DNA of 64,000 nucleotides from a virus: IMG/VR virus record IMGVR_UViG_3300028653_000010; one strand, 5' to 3'. Shown piece by piece: positions 27,367 to 35,833 of this stretch (position 1 is its first letter; each line of letters starts with the position of its first letter). The notes under the pieces were generated by a model. It saw only the letters and a program-made list of their open reading frames with translations, ran no database searches and was not told where the DNA came from. The position numbers and the translations under genes were made by a program.

Positions 27367-29369
27367 GGTACCCTCCTAGCCATAGATCTGGTGATCATTC
27401 GATCCATGATAACGCCATGCTTTCGCATGCGCGCCATCCTGTAGTTCTGAGGTGTGGTCTCCCGTTGAAGGGGACGTCGGTCATTATCAAGACTATGCTT
27501 GGATACTAGCTTAATGTTAGTGATCCTAGATAGAGACAACCATGCCGCTCGAACGAAGGCATCGGACACGTCATCATGGAGCCCTTTGACTTTTGGGGCC
27601 TCAACAAGGATCTGATTCTTTGCTCGTTGAGTTGCTTGGAGCCCAAGAACCTCATTGATGAAAGGTGAGTGCTTACCACCTTCAGTCGACGTAGGGAGCG
27701 GGTAGTCGTAAAGGTCCAACTTATGATCAAACATCAAAAGTTTGACCGCCTGAAACATACGACTCTTCTCATCTTGAGTGAAGAACTCACTGCGGAACTG
27801 CTTCAAACCCCTCTTGTGGAGGGACTGCTCCAGTGGCAACCCATTCCAACGGTCAAACAAGCCATCCGTAATGTAGAACTTCTTGCAAAGGGCGAATATC
27901 CAATCCGCGATTGAGTCAAAGTCCAACCGATCCACAGTTTCGAGGATCTTGGCGTAATCAATCAGAGGTGAGGTAAGGTGTGGATTGCTTTCATTCCAGG
28001 GTATTCCAGCATACCAAACCTCATGGTAGTCTTGAACTACCCTATCACCATCGGCATGAGTGATGAAGACTGCTGTACCGTCACCGATGAGTCCAACGTC
28101 GATCCCCATCTGATGAGGGCTCCGAGGACGACCAGAGAAGATAGGCTTGCGCTCGGGCTTGATACACGCCAACAAGTCTTCCTCGCGCTCAACCCAACCA
28201 CGAACACGGTCTGAGAATTGAGCTCCATACTCTGTCATGAAAACAGCAGGGTCCTCATGAAACTTCTCTCGAAGAAAGGTTGGATCACAATCTCGAAAGA
28301 CTTCCCAAGTTGGGGCCTGAATCGCCAACAGGTTCTCTGACCCCTCAGCCTTGGACATAGCGAAGTGGAAGAGTTCGTAGAACTTACCGGCTCGGTTCAA
28401 AGGAGACGAGATCGATATGATTCGACTCTCTACCGGACCTATGGGCTCGTTAGTCTCTGGGTTCTTGTGTGAGAACGCCAAGGCTGACGGGGTGATAGCG
28501 TCGTAGATGTCCTTGGCAGAGCTAACGCCCTTGTCTTGAAAGTGAGCCAGCTCATCGAGGATGATGACGATGTTACCCGAGCCACGGAGGCCCTTGGACA
28601 CAGACGCCTTGAAGGTGACTCTGAGACTGGCCTTACCATTAAAGGAGGTGAACTTTCCGTTTTCGTGCCTGACAGTAGGACCGAACCTCTCGATATCATA
28701 CGGGGTTCTAAACTGGACGTAGCTGAGGGTGTTGTTGGCAATGTAAGGCTGAAAGAACTCACACTTTGACATGTGCGAGGTCACATCACTGAATAGGAGT
28801 CCCGCCTGATCCTTGTCAGTAGCAACCGATATGATCTGGATCCTGTTTCCGTTTGGGAGCCCGTAGTACTCCTGAGGGTTACCTAGGGAGATCAACCGAT
28901 ACAACTCATAGCTGGCAAAAACAGCTGAGAGGGTTGTCTTGCCCGACCGGCGCCCGATGGCTAGGATCAACTGCCTTCGAATGTGATCCTGCTCACCAAT
29001 GTTGCAGCGACCCTCACTGAACAGGTACTTGAGGTACTCTAGCTCTGTGAAGCGGTAGAGTACCTTCGTCTTGAACATGTCGTAGATGACAATAGTCTTT
29101 TCTTTGTCATCCAACGGGATGTGGTAGTACATCTTGACGATGAACCGCTGTACCGGATACAGCTTCATCCCGAGGCCCCAAGAGGACTCAGCATACTGCA
29201 AGACGTTGAAGATCTTTACATTACGACCATCGTGAGCAGTCTCGCTAAGGGCACCATTCATGGATGCCTCTTGCTGAGCATTCTCTAGTATGCTCTTACC
29301 TTGATGCCCAGCACTCCGAATCAGGTGAGCAATACCTAGAGACTTGGTCTCCTTATCCTTGCTAGCCAC
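27363..29369 (-). CDS. terL: Terminase large subunit
   Basis: Walker A GRRSGKT, Walker B IILDE, motif III ISS; nuclease GIDVG and HDDVSDA. Confidence 0.9.
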   Translation of the reverse strand: MASKDKETKSLGIAHLIRSAGHQGKSILENAQQEASMNGALSETAHDGRNVKIFNVLQYAESSWGLGMKLYPVQRFIVKMYYHIPLDDKEKTIVIYDMFKTKVLYRFTELEYLKYLFSEGRCNIGEQDHIRRQLILAIGRRSGKTTLSAVFASYELYRLISLGNPQEYYGLPNGNRIQIISVATDKDQAGLLFSDVTSHMSKCEFFQPYIANNTLSYVQFRTPYDIERFGPTVRHENGKFTSFNGKASLRVTFKASVSKGLRGSGNIVIILDELAHFQDKGVSSAKDIYDAITPSALAFSHKNPETNEPIGPVESRIISISSPLNRAGKFYELFHFAMSKAEGSENLLAIQAPTWEVFRDCDPTFLREKFHEDPAVFMTEYGAQFSDRVRGWVEREEDLLACIKPERKPIFSGRPRSPHQMGIDVGLIGDGTAVFITHADGDRVVQDYHEVWYAGIPWNESNPHLTSPLIDYAKILETVDRLDFDSIADWIFALCKKFYITDGLFDRWNGLPLEQSLHKRGLKQFRSEFFTQDEKSRMFQAVKLLMFDHKLDLYDYPLPTSTEGGKHSPFINEVLGLQATQRAKNQILVEAPKVKGLHDDVSDAFVRAAWLSLSRITNIKLVSKHSLDNDRRPLQRETTPQNYRMARMRKHGVIMDRMITRSMARRVP

Positions 29370-29371
29370 GA

Positions 29372-29989
29372 TTACCTCAAGTTATTCTGAGCTTCGTCTT
29401 CCCAGTTATTCATCTCTGTAGCGAACCGATTGAAAAACATGTCGAATAGCTCTGGTGATAGGAGTTCCAGGGCTACCTCACGCATCTTTTCAACCCAGAT
29501 AGAGAAGATCTTCTGCATCTTCTCGCTATGGAGGTTAATGGAATCTTGATCGACCTGACGTAGCTTGAGTTCAATCTTGGCGATCTCTTCCAGAGCCTTG
29601 ACTCTCTTGATAGAGATTGCAGAGGTGTCCTTACCGTACTTCTCCGATTCAATTCGTTGGAAGTGAAGAGTTGCCGCCTCACGTGCTACGTCAAGCTTGA
29701 TTCGATGTAGCAGAGCCAAGGTGTCGCTAGGATTACCTTCGATAAGGCTAACGAGGGGATCAGTATCAATGAACTTCTGCCTCTCGGCAGCCATCAAGGC
29801 GTGATACTCCAAGTCTGATCGACCTGGACGCCTCTCAATCTTACGAGGCCTCCCAGGACCTCTCTTGACGATACCGGTCTCACCTTCAAATGGACCTATA
29901 TCATGCAAAGGAAGGATTGAAGTAGCAGCCTCTAAAATCTCCTCATGCGAAGGATCCTCTACATTTGGATTGAGTTCTTCATCTGGCAT
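29372..29989 (-). CDS. AT-hook-containing protein, candidate terminase small subunit
   Basis: KRGPGRPRK AT-hook followed by helices; immediately upstream of terL. Confidence 0.5.
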   Translation of the reverse strand: MPDEELNPNVEDPSHEEILEAATSILPLHDIGPFEGETGIVKRGPGRPRKIERRPGRSDLEYHALMAAERQKFIDTDPLVSLIEGNPSDTLALLHRIKLDVAREAATLHFQRIESEKYGKDTSAISIKRVKALEEIAKIELKLRQVDQDSINLHSEKMQKIFSIWVEKMREVALELLSPELFDMFFNRFATEMNNWEDEAQNNLR

Positions 29990-30002
29990 AAAAGTACCCT
30001 AG

Positions 30003-30410
30003 TCATCTAACAGGGTCTGCTCCGCCGCCACCGTCAGTCCTAATGAGGTACTGGGATAGGTTGCGAACAACATTGTAGCCCTTGTCTTTTTTGATCTGAG
30101 TTCTGAGGACCTTCGAGAGGTCTCTACCTGTTTCAGCCAGATTGAGGACGCTCATCTGGTTAGGGGTCCCTGCAAATGCATCCTCTGGGCGGATGTCACG
30201 ACGATTGGGCGAGACAGTCTCATCGATGCCCTCCTCCATGAGTTGACCATGGTCTCTGACAATACCGCGGTCTATTCCCCGTGGTTTATTAACAGGACTA
30301 ACCATTTCATGGACGTTCTTGCGCTGTCCAGGTTGCTGTTCAGCTTGCATGAAACGAGCAGCAACCCTCAGGGCCAAGGTATCAAAGGAGATCCGGTCTT
30401 GAGGGGTCAT
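30003..30410 (-). CDS. Hypothetical protein with N-terminal LRVAARF motif
   Basis: 135 aa; ATGA overlap with the upstream gene. Confidence 0.6.
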   Translation of the reverse strand: MTPQDRISFDTLALRVAARFMQAEQQPGQRKNVHEMVSPVNKPRGIDRGIVRDHGQLMEEGIDETVSPNRRDIRPEDAFAGTPNQMSVLNLAETGRDLSKVLRTQIKKDKGYNVVRNLSQYLIRTDGGGGADPVR

Positions 30411-32437
30411 AGGTCGATAGTTGCTCCACCTAGCTCGACTGAAATCGTTGCAGACTTCGTCGGAACTGGGTTTATGTCAATCTCCAACCCAGACTTCATC
30501 TGAACCAGGTCAGCAACTGAAGATGGGTTGTGGATCATGAGGCTCCCCAGATCAATCTCGGTAGCTGAACCAGAAGCTAGGATCTCCCTCTGCTGAGCTG
30601 CCTTGTCGGCATATGGTGGATCAATCACAAGGTGCTTGGCATACTTCGAACAGAACCCAGGGTGAGCTTGCTGAACGCAAGTGGTGCACTTCGACCCGAG
30701 CTTCACGTAGGGTACCTGACGGGCGCGATGAAGCCGCGACCCTTCAGCACAACCCTTGGCGTAATCATTGTAGATAGTTGGATCGATGTAGTAGATGCCT
30801 TGGAGCCCTTGCTCACCCATGGCCACCTTGAGCTCATTCGACGACGCCAAGATGTCTCGTGAGTCGAATCGAGTCCTTAAAGCATTGAATAACTGGTGTC
30901 CGTAAAGGCCTTCATTCAAGAACTTGGAGGCAGTCTTGACCACTTCACGCTTGGTTAAGCCTGATGTGGTGTACTCATTGATGTTCCCACGGAATGCTTG
31001 TTCCACGTAGGCACGCATCGGAATGTGAGCTTGGGGATTCGAGACAGATGCTGTTCGGTAGATTGCCTTAAGGGAGTCAACTGGTGTCGCACCCCACTGA
31101 TGAGACTCTGAACCTGTCCCGAGGCGCCCTGCCTGCTTGTTATCCCATAGAGCCTGCTTGACAGTATCCTCCGTATAGAGGTCTTCAGCCTTAGCTACAA
31201 GAGGCTTCCCGTAGACCAAACACCGGCTCAACTTGCTATAGATGCAAGTTGCACACTTTTGACTAGAGACAATGCCCTTGATCTGATGGTTGTGCTTCGC
31301 AATGAAGTCGGCACCTTCGTGGCAACTATCGAAGGATTCCTGAGTTGAGTACACGGTACCATACAACCCAGCTTCCTTGTAGATTGGCTCCCAAGCGCTA
31401 CGAGTGGCGCGTAGGTCATCCAAGGAGAACGAGAGCTTCAGAGCTTGAAGCAACTCCGCCTCACTACGACCCTTGAGCATCTCACGCCTCAAGAATGCAC
31501 AAATGTCGAATGACTTCTTCGAAGAAGCATTCTTTGAGCTGGAGGCAACCTTGCCCTCAACTGGAGGAGCCCAAGCGAGTTGCTCTGCAAGGTTCTGTTG
31601 AGCCTGTGTTGCAAGGACTGGAAGATGGACCTTCGGTGGCTCGACTGTAGCCTTGAGTTGGTGAACCGGATTCGCGATGGGCTTTGGAGTCGCAACAGTC
31701 CCTGTTACCCGGACATCACCAGCGAGGTACGCTGACTTGATCCTCTCGCGAGGATCCTGAATCGAAGCCTGCACTGCTTGCTTACCACAAGCACACTGAC
31801 TTCGCTCTACTGCACCAGCCAACTCAGAGGAGTACGGTACCTCAAGGACTAACTCCTTATGAAATACTGAGCAAGTTGACTTGGCGTTATGGATGCAATC
31901 GAGGCATTGATCCTTGGCTTGAATGAACTTGGCTGTCCCAGCATTCCTCTTGACGAACTCAACCTCACTACGACTAGCTTTTCTTGAGCAACTAGGGAAG
32001 TCCTTGGCGTCAATATAGTATCGCCCAAGGAGCCCACGCTCCTGAAGAGTAGTAGCCAATACGGTTTTTGCAGCCTGAAGAGTCCAAGGATCGAACCTAG
32101 TCTTCAGGGTGCTACTAATCTTGGCCGGATCAGTAGATTGCATGATTGCCAACCGAGCAACCTTTTCGACCTGAGCCAAGGTCTCCATGGAGGCCAACTT
32201 GCCATGAGCCTCACTCAAGTCGCCCATGGTTCGATGAACGTCTTTGTTAGGGACCAAGTAAGTGGACGGAGCCTGACCTGTGTGACTCCAAGCAGCCTCC
32301 AAGTCCGGAGCGAAGTCCAGGTTTTGCTTCGGAAGGTCCGAGAGCTCCCGATAGTCTTTATCATTAACGTCAAGCCAATCAAGATTGTTGACTGCGCCTT
32401 CCTTGAGAAAACCAGAGATGTCACCCAAATCAGCCAT
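30407..32437 (-). CDS. Large protein with three internal Cys-rich repeat domains
   Basis: 676 aa; three copies of E.GL.G..Y...C...CxxC-x7/8-C...K.LV. Confidence 0.7.
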   Translation of the reverse strand: MADLGDISGFLKEGAVNNLDWLDVNDKDYRELSDLPKQNLDFAPDLEAAWSHTGQAPSTYLVPNKDVHRTMGDLSEAHGKLASMETLAQVEKVARLAIMQSTDPAKISSTLKTRFDPWTLQAAKTVLATTLQERGLLGRYYIDAKDFPSCSRKASRSEVEFVKRNAGTAKFIQAKDQCLDCIHNAKSTCSVFHKELVLEVPYSSELAGAVERSQCACGKQAVQASIQDPRERIKSAYLAGDVRVTGTVATPKPIANPVHQLKATVEPPKVHLPVLATQAQQNLAEQLAWAPPVEGKVASSSKNASSKKSFDICAFLRREMLKGRSEAELLQALKLSFSLDDLRATRSAWEPIYKEAGLYGTVYSTQESFDSCHEGADFIAKHNHQIKGIVSSQKCATCIYSKLSRCLVYGKPLVAKAEDLYTEDTVKQALWDNKQAGRLGTGSESHQWGATPVDSLKAIYRTASVSNPQAHIPMRAYVEQAFRGNINEYTTSGLTKREVVKTASKFLNEGLYGHQLFNALRTRFDSRDILASSNELKVAMGEQGLQGIYYIDPTIYNDYAKGCAEGSRLHRARQVPYVKLGSKCTTCVQQAHPGFCSKYAKHLVIDPPYADKAAQQREILASGSATEIDLGSLMIHNPSSVADLVQMKSGLEIDINPVPTKSATISVELGGATIDL

Positions 32438-32448
32438 TTCAATATCCT

Positions 32449-33948
32449 TCAGTGGTAGTCTTCTCGGTACAGGTCTTGTTGGTCGTTACGGTAGTCGTGA
32501 GCATCCGACTTCCATTTGATGTAGGGGACATCTTGTTGTTCTGTATTCTCACCCACGTTAGGGGTGGTGTCCCTGTAGTGATCGTAGTTGACTCCACCAT
32601 CACCTGGCATCTGAGACTCGGCGAACATGTGCTCTAGATTATGCGATGGTCGAGGAGTTAGAGGAGCTTCTGGAGAGTGGATGTTCATCTCCGGTAGCCC
32701 TGAGGTACCGTGATGTTGAACGTTGAATTGATTACCCTTATCGCCCTCAAAGTAGTCACTTCGAGCGACGGGATCTGGGCCATCAAAAGGGAGTTCTGAC
32801 TCAGCTATCGCGGCCCATACATTATTCGGGGACAACTTGTCATCAAAGGGGGTTGCACCTCCCTCAGGGTCATGCGTGAGCCCGCCTGGGTCATTGGGTA
32901 ACCCACTCTGAGGACCGTAGACTCCGCGCCCATCCGGACTAGTTGTACCGTAGCCCTCGGACCCTTGACCCTTTGCTCCGTACCCTAGACCAAAGTCATT
33001 AGCCTCACCATGGGTATCATCATCAGAGGGTAGGTTTGATTTACCCCAGATAATAACTGCACCAGCAGATCGACTAGTGTCATTCTCCCAAGGAGTAGTG
33101 TAAATATACTCGTCTCCCACACCCTCAGACTTTCCCCACTCGTCATTTACAGTAGGTTCGTCCTTGTTATAGGATCCCTCTGATCCTGTCTGCTCACCTC
33201 GTTCGAGGTGATCGACACGAGGACCTGGAAGAGTGTTGACTGGTAGCGAGGAGTTGGCTACTCTCTGGATGAAGGGGGCCTTCCAATCCCTTGCCTGCTT
33301 GACCTTGAAGACATCACCAGCAGGGGTAGGTTCGCTCGTCTCCTGAGCACCACCACCTGGGACCCTAGAAGCACCGGACTCCTTGTTCTCCTCATCCTTG
33401 ATGCGGTCAGTTAGCTTCTTAGTCTTCGGAGCCTTTTCGGCCTCATCAACTTCTTTACCCCCATACTGCTCGGGGTCTTGAAGTACATCATCAGACTCTT
33501 CAATTAAACCTTCAATTTCATTAGCCTCGGTCTCATCGAGTATGGTGACATCGGGTTGCCAATGAGGGGCGTGTACCTCATCATGCAAGGTATCCGTGAT
33601 TGAAGACAGTAGTTCACAGGCTTGCTGCAGCTGGGATCTGACTTCTTTGACCTTTAGAACATACCCTTTGCCTCCAAGCATGCCATCAGGGGAGATACTC
33701 GCGGACTTGATGCGTGCAAACTCTCGATAAGCTGTTAGGGAGTGTCCAAGAGCAACCGAAGCTGCGAACAGAGTTCGAGCTAGAGGCTTCAGGGCATTAG
33801 GATCAAACTGATGCCCTTGAGGAATTGCACGCTTACCAACGCCAATGCCACTGTCACCCTCCAAACCATCTGGTTTTTGAGCTGGTGGTGGTAAGGGCAA
33901 GCCCTCTTCCCTAGCAATTAGTACCCTGACCTTTTCACGGTTGTCCAA
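32449..33948 (-). CDS. Acidic, largely disordered protein with SxLP repeats
   Basis: 499 aa, TTG start with GGAGGA RBS. Confidence 0.65.
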   Translation of the reverse strand: MDNREKVRVLIAREEGLPLPPPAQKPDGLEGDSGIGVGKRAIPQGHQFDPNALKPLARTLFAASVALGHSLTAYREFARIKSASISPDGMLGGKGYVLKVKEVRSQLQQACELLSSITDTLHDEVHAPHWQPDVTILDETEANEIEGLIEESDDVLQDPEQYGGKEVDEAEKAPKTKKLTDRIKDEENKESGASRVPGGGAQETSEPTPAGDVFKVKQARDWKAPFIQRVANSSLPVNTLPGPRVDHLERGEQTGSEGSYNKDEPTVNDEWGKSEGVGDEYIYTTPWENDTSRSAGAVIIWGKSNLPSDDDTHGEANDFGLGYGAKGQGSEGYGTTSPDGRGVYGPQSGLPNDPGGLTHDPEGGATPFDDKLSPNNVWAAIAESELPFDGPDPVARSDYFEGDKGNQFNVQHHGTSGLPEMNIHSPEAPLTPRPSHNLEHMFAESQMPGDGGVNYDHYRDTTPNVGENTEQQDVPYIKWKSDAHDYRNDQQDLYREDYH

Positions 33949-33959
33949 GGTTCCTCCGA

Positions 33960-34226
33960 TTAGGCCTTAAGAGGCGCACCGTTGTCGTCAAAGGTCCTCT
34001 CGACGAACATGCCGCCGTCGCCCTGCCTACGAATCGTCCACAGGTCCCGTGTGGACTTGTGGACCAATTCATCAGCAGATAGACGAACAAATGAGCTAAG
34101 ATCTTTGATTGAAGCTACCTTCTGTCGAAGGGGAGTCACCATATTGGCGTTCCTCGCCAAGAAGGCATCCAGCCCCGTGGAGGGTTGTACCTCAAACCTG
34201 CTCAAGTCAAAATCTTGGTCTGCCAT
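33960..34226 (-). CDS. Small hypothetical protein
   Basis: 88 aa; LVHKSTRDLW after KVAS. Confidence 0.6.
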   Translation of the reverse strand: MADQDFDLSRFEVQPSTGLDAFLARNANMVTPLRQKVASIKDLSSFVRLSADELVHKSTRDLWTIRRQGDGGMFVERTFDDNGAPLKA

Positions 34227-34233
34227 TCTACCC

Positions 34234-35139
34234 TCACGTAATTACAAGACGAATCTCAACGTCTATGTAGTTGTTGGAGCTATAACCAATAATGCGCAGC
34301 TTTTCTGAGTAAGTCCCCTGCAACATCCCAGTAGGTGGTTGGACTGTAACCGTGATCAACTCACCTTCGGTGGCCTGAAGTGTCCCCTCAGAGGGTAGCC
34401 AACTCCGCAACCAGTTCCCGCATAGGCCGGTGATAGCCCGAATGTCATATTCAAGAACTGAGCCTGGGGGTCCCATGTTCCCAATACTGAAAGTCTGCTG
34501 CGGGACCAGCGGATACTGACCGTTGAGGGGACGAACTACATTGAAGATGACTACGGTGTCGCTCGAGGTTATCAGCGCTCTAGGGCGAACGTTGATTAGC
34601 ACAGGGACCGTCTGCGGGTTGTTGGTAGCCGTTGGGTCTTGAACTATGATTGACTCTGGGTACGGACTATTGGCGGCCAATAACCCAGTTGAATCTACTT
34701 CAACCGTGAAGCTACCACTCTCGTTGATAGCCAACCCACCAACCATGGAGGGGCTCACTCGAACGAATGGTGCTGATACTGTAAGGCTAGCACCTAGGAT
34801 TGAACCGAACACTCCTTGGTTGGTAATGAGAGCCGACTGAGGATCAGAGTAGCCTCGACCTTCGTCAACCTCGAACACGAGCGACGCGGGGGGTCCGATG
34901 AGGATGCTCGGAGCGAAGTTGGACTTCAACTCAACGATGCTATCTGCCATCGCTTGGATGACCTCACCTAGGATTGGGATTGAATCCCTTAGCAACCCAT
35001 AGGGAGACTTGATGTCCCTAACCTGATAGGCGGGGACTGACTGAGATACATCAACTCGAGTTGTCCAATACCACTTACCGGCTGGTACCGCATACTCGAA
35101 CTGGTAGTCTTGGAATCGGAGGTTCTGTACAGGTGGCAA
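34234..35139 (-). CDS. Ig-like (BACON-like) domain protein
   Basis: 301 aa with two beta-sandwich-like repeats (ITNQG...VEVD; IGNMG...WL...ITVTV...GTYS). Confidence 0.55.
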   Translation of the reverse strand: MPPVQNLRFQDYQFEYAVPAGKWYWTTRVDVSQSVPAYQVRDIKSPYGLLRDSIPILGEVIQAMADSIVELKSNFAPSILIGPPASLVFEVDEGRGYSDPQSALITNQGVFGSILGASLTVSAPFVRVSPSMVGGLAINESGSFTVEVDSTGLLAANSPYPESIIVQDPTATNNPQTVPVLINVRPRALITSSDTVVIFNVVRPLNGQYPLVPQQTFSIGNMGPPGSVLEYDIRAITGLCGNWLRSWLPSEGTLQATEGELITVTVQPPTGMLQGTYSEKLRIIGYSSNNYIDVEIRLVIT

Positions 35140-35185
35140 GGCAGTCCTCTAAACTGCCAAGCGTACAAGTAAATGCTCAATCGAG

Positions 35186-35827
35186 TCACAACCCGGACAA
35201 CTCGTCGCCGCCACGATTTTCCCATTGAGGGAGTTTCACTGCTCTAAGTATGTTGAAGTTCTTACTAGCAATGGATGAGAACACCTTGAATAGAGGCTCA
35301 AATGTTGTGTCCTCAGTGGCCTTTCGCTCAAGTAGCTTCACCGCCCCAAAGAAACGATGTCTCACTCGACCCTGAGTAAGCTCTAGCTGCATTGCTACTT
35401 CACTCTGGCAAGTGGTCTTCCACATGCCAACCAATATATCAACATCAATTGGCTTGAGAGGTACAAATGGTAGGTTATACCGCATCTCGCTCTCGGTGAT
35501 CTGAGGTATTGATAGCAAGAACTTGATCCTTTGAAGGCCCCGATCCAATCGATAGCTGATTGCCGCCTGAGTTACATCGAAGATCTCGGCTATGTCTGCC
35601 TGACGTTTCTTCTGTATGTAGTACAACTCAATCAGGTCAGCTTCCCTGTCTGGTATCCTGTCGAGGAGAGGTTTGACCTGCGTTTCGAAGTGCAACGAGG
35701 ATAGGATAGAGACAACCTGCTCCTCATCCACTTCCTCAATTGGTTCGTCGAATAGCGGCTCTGGCGATGCAAAACGGTTTGCCAACTCTGCAGGGTCAAC
35801 CGAGATCGTAAAGCCAGCGCTACCCAT
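35186..35827 (-). CDS. Sigma-70 region-4-like HTH protein, candidate phage transcription factor
   Basis: LDRIPDREADLIELYY...RQADIAEIFDVTQAAISYR; a second HTH QSEVAMQLELTQGRVRHR. Confidence 0.7.
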   Translation of the reverse strand: MGSAGFTISVDPAELANRFASPEPLFDEPIEEVDEEQVVSILSSLHFETQVKPLLDRIPDREADLIELYYIQKKRQADIAEIFDVTQAAISYRLDRGLQRIKFLLSIPQITESEMRYNLPFVPLKPIDVDILVGMWKTTCQSEVAMQLELTQGRVRHRFFGAVKLLERKATEDTTFEPLFKVFSSIASKNFNILRAVKLPQWENRGGDELSGL

Positions 35828-35833
35828 AATACC

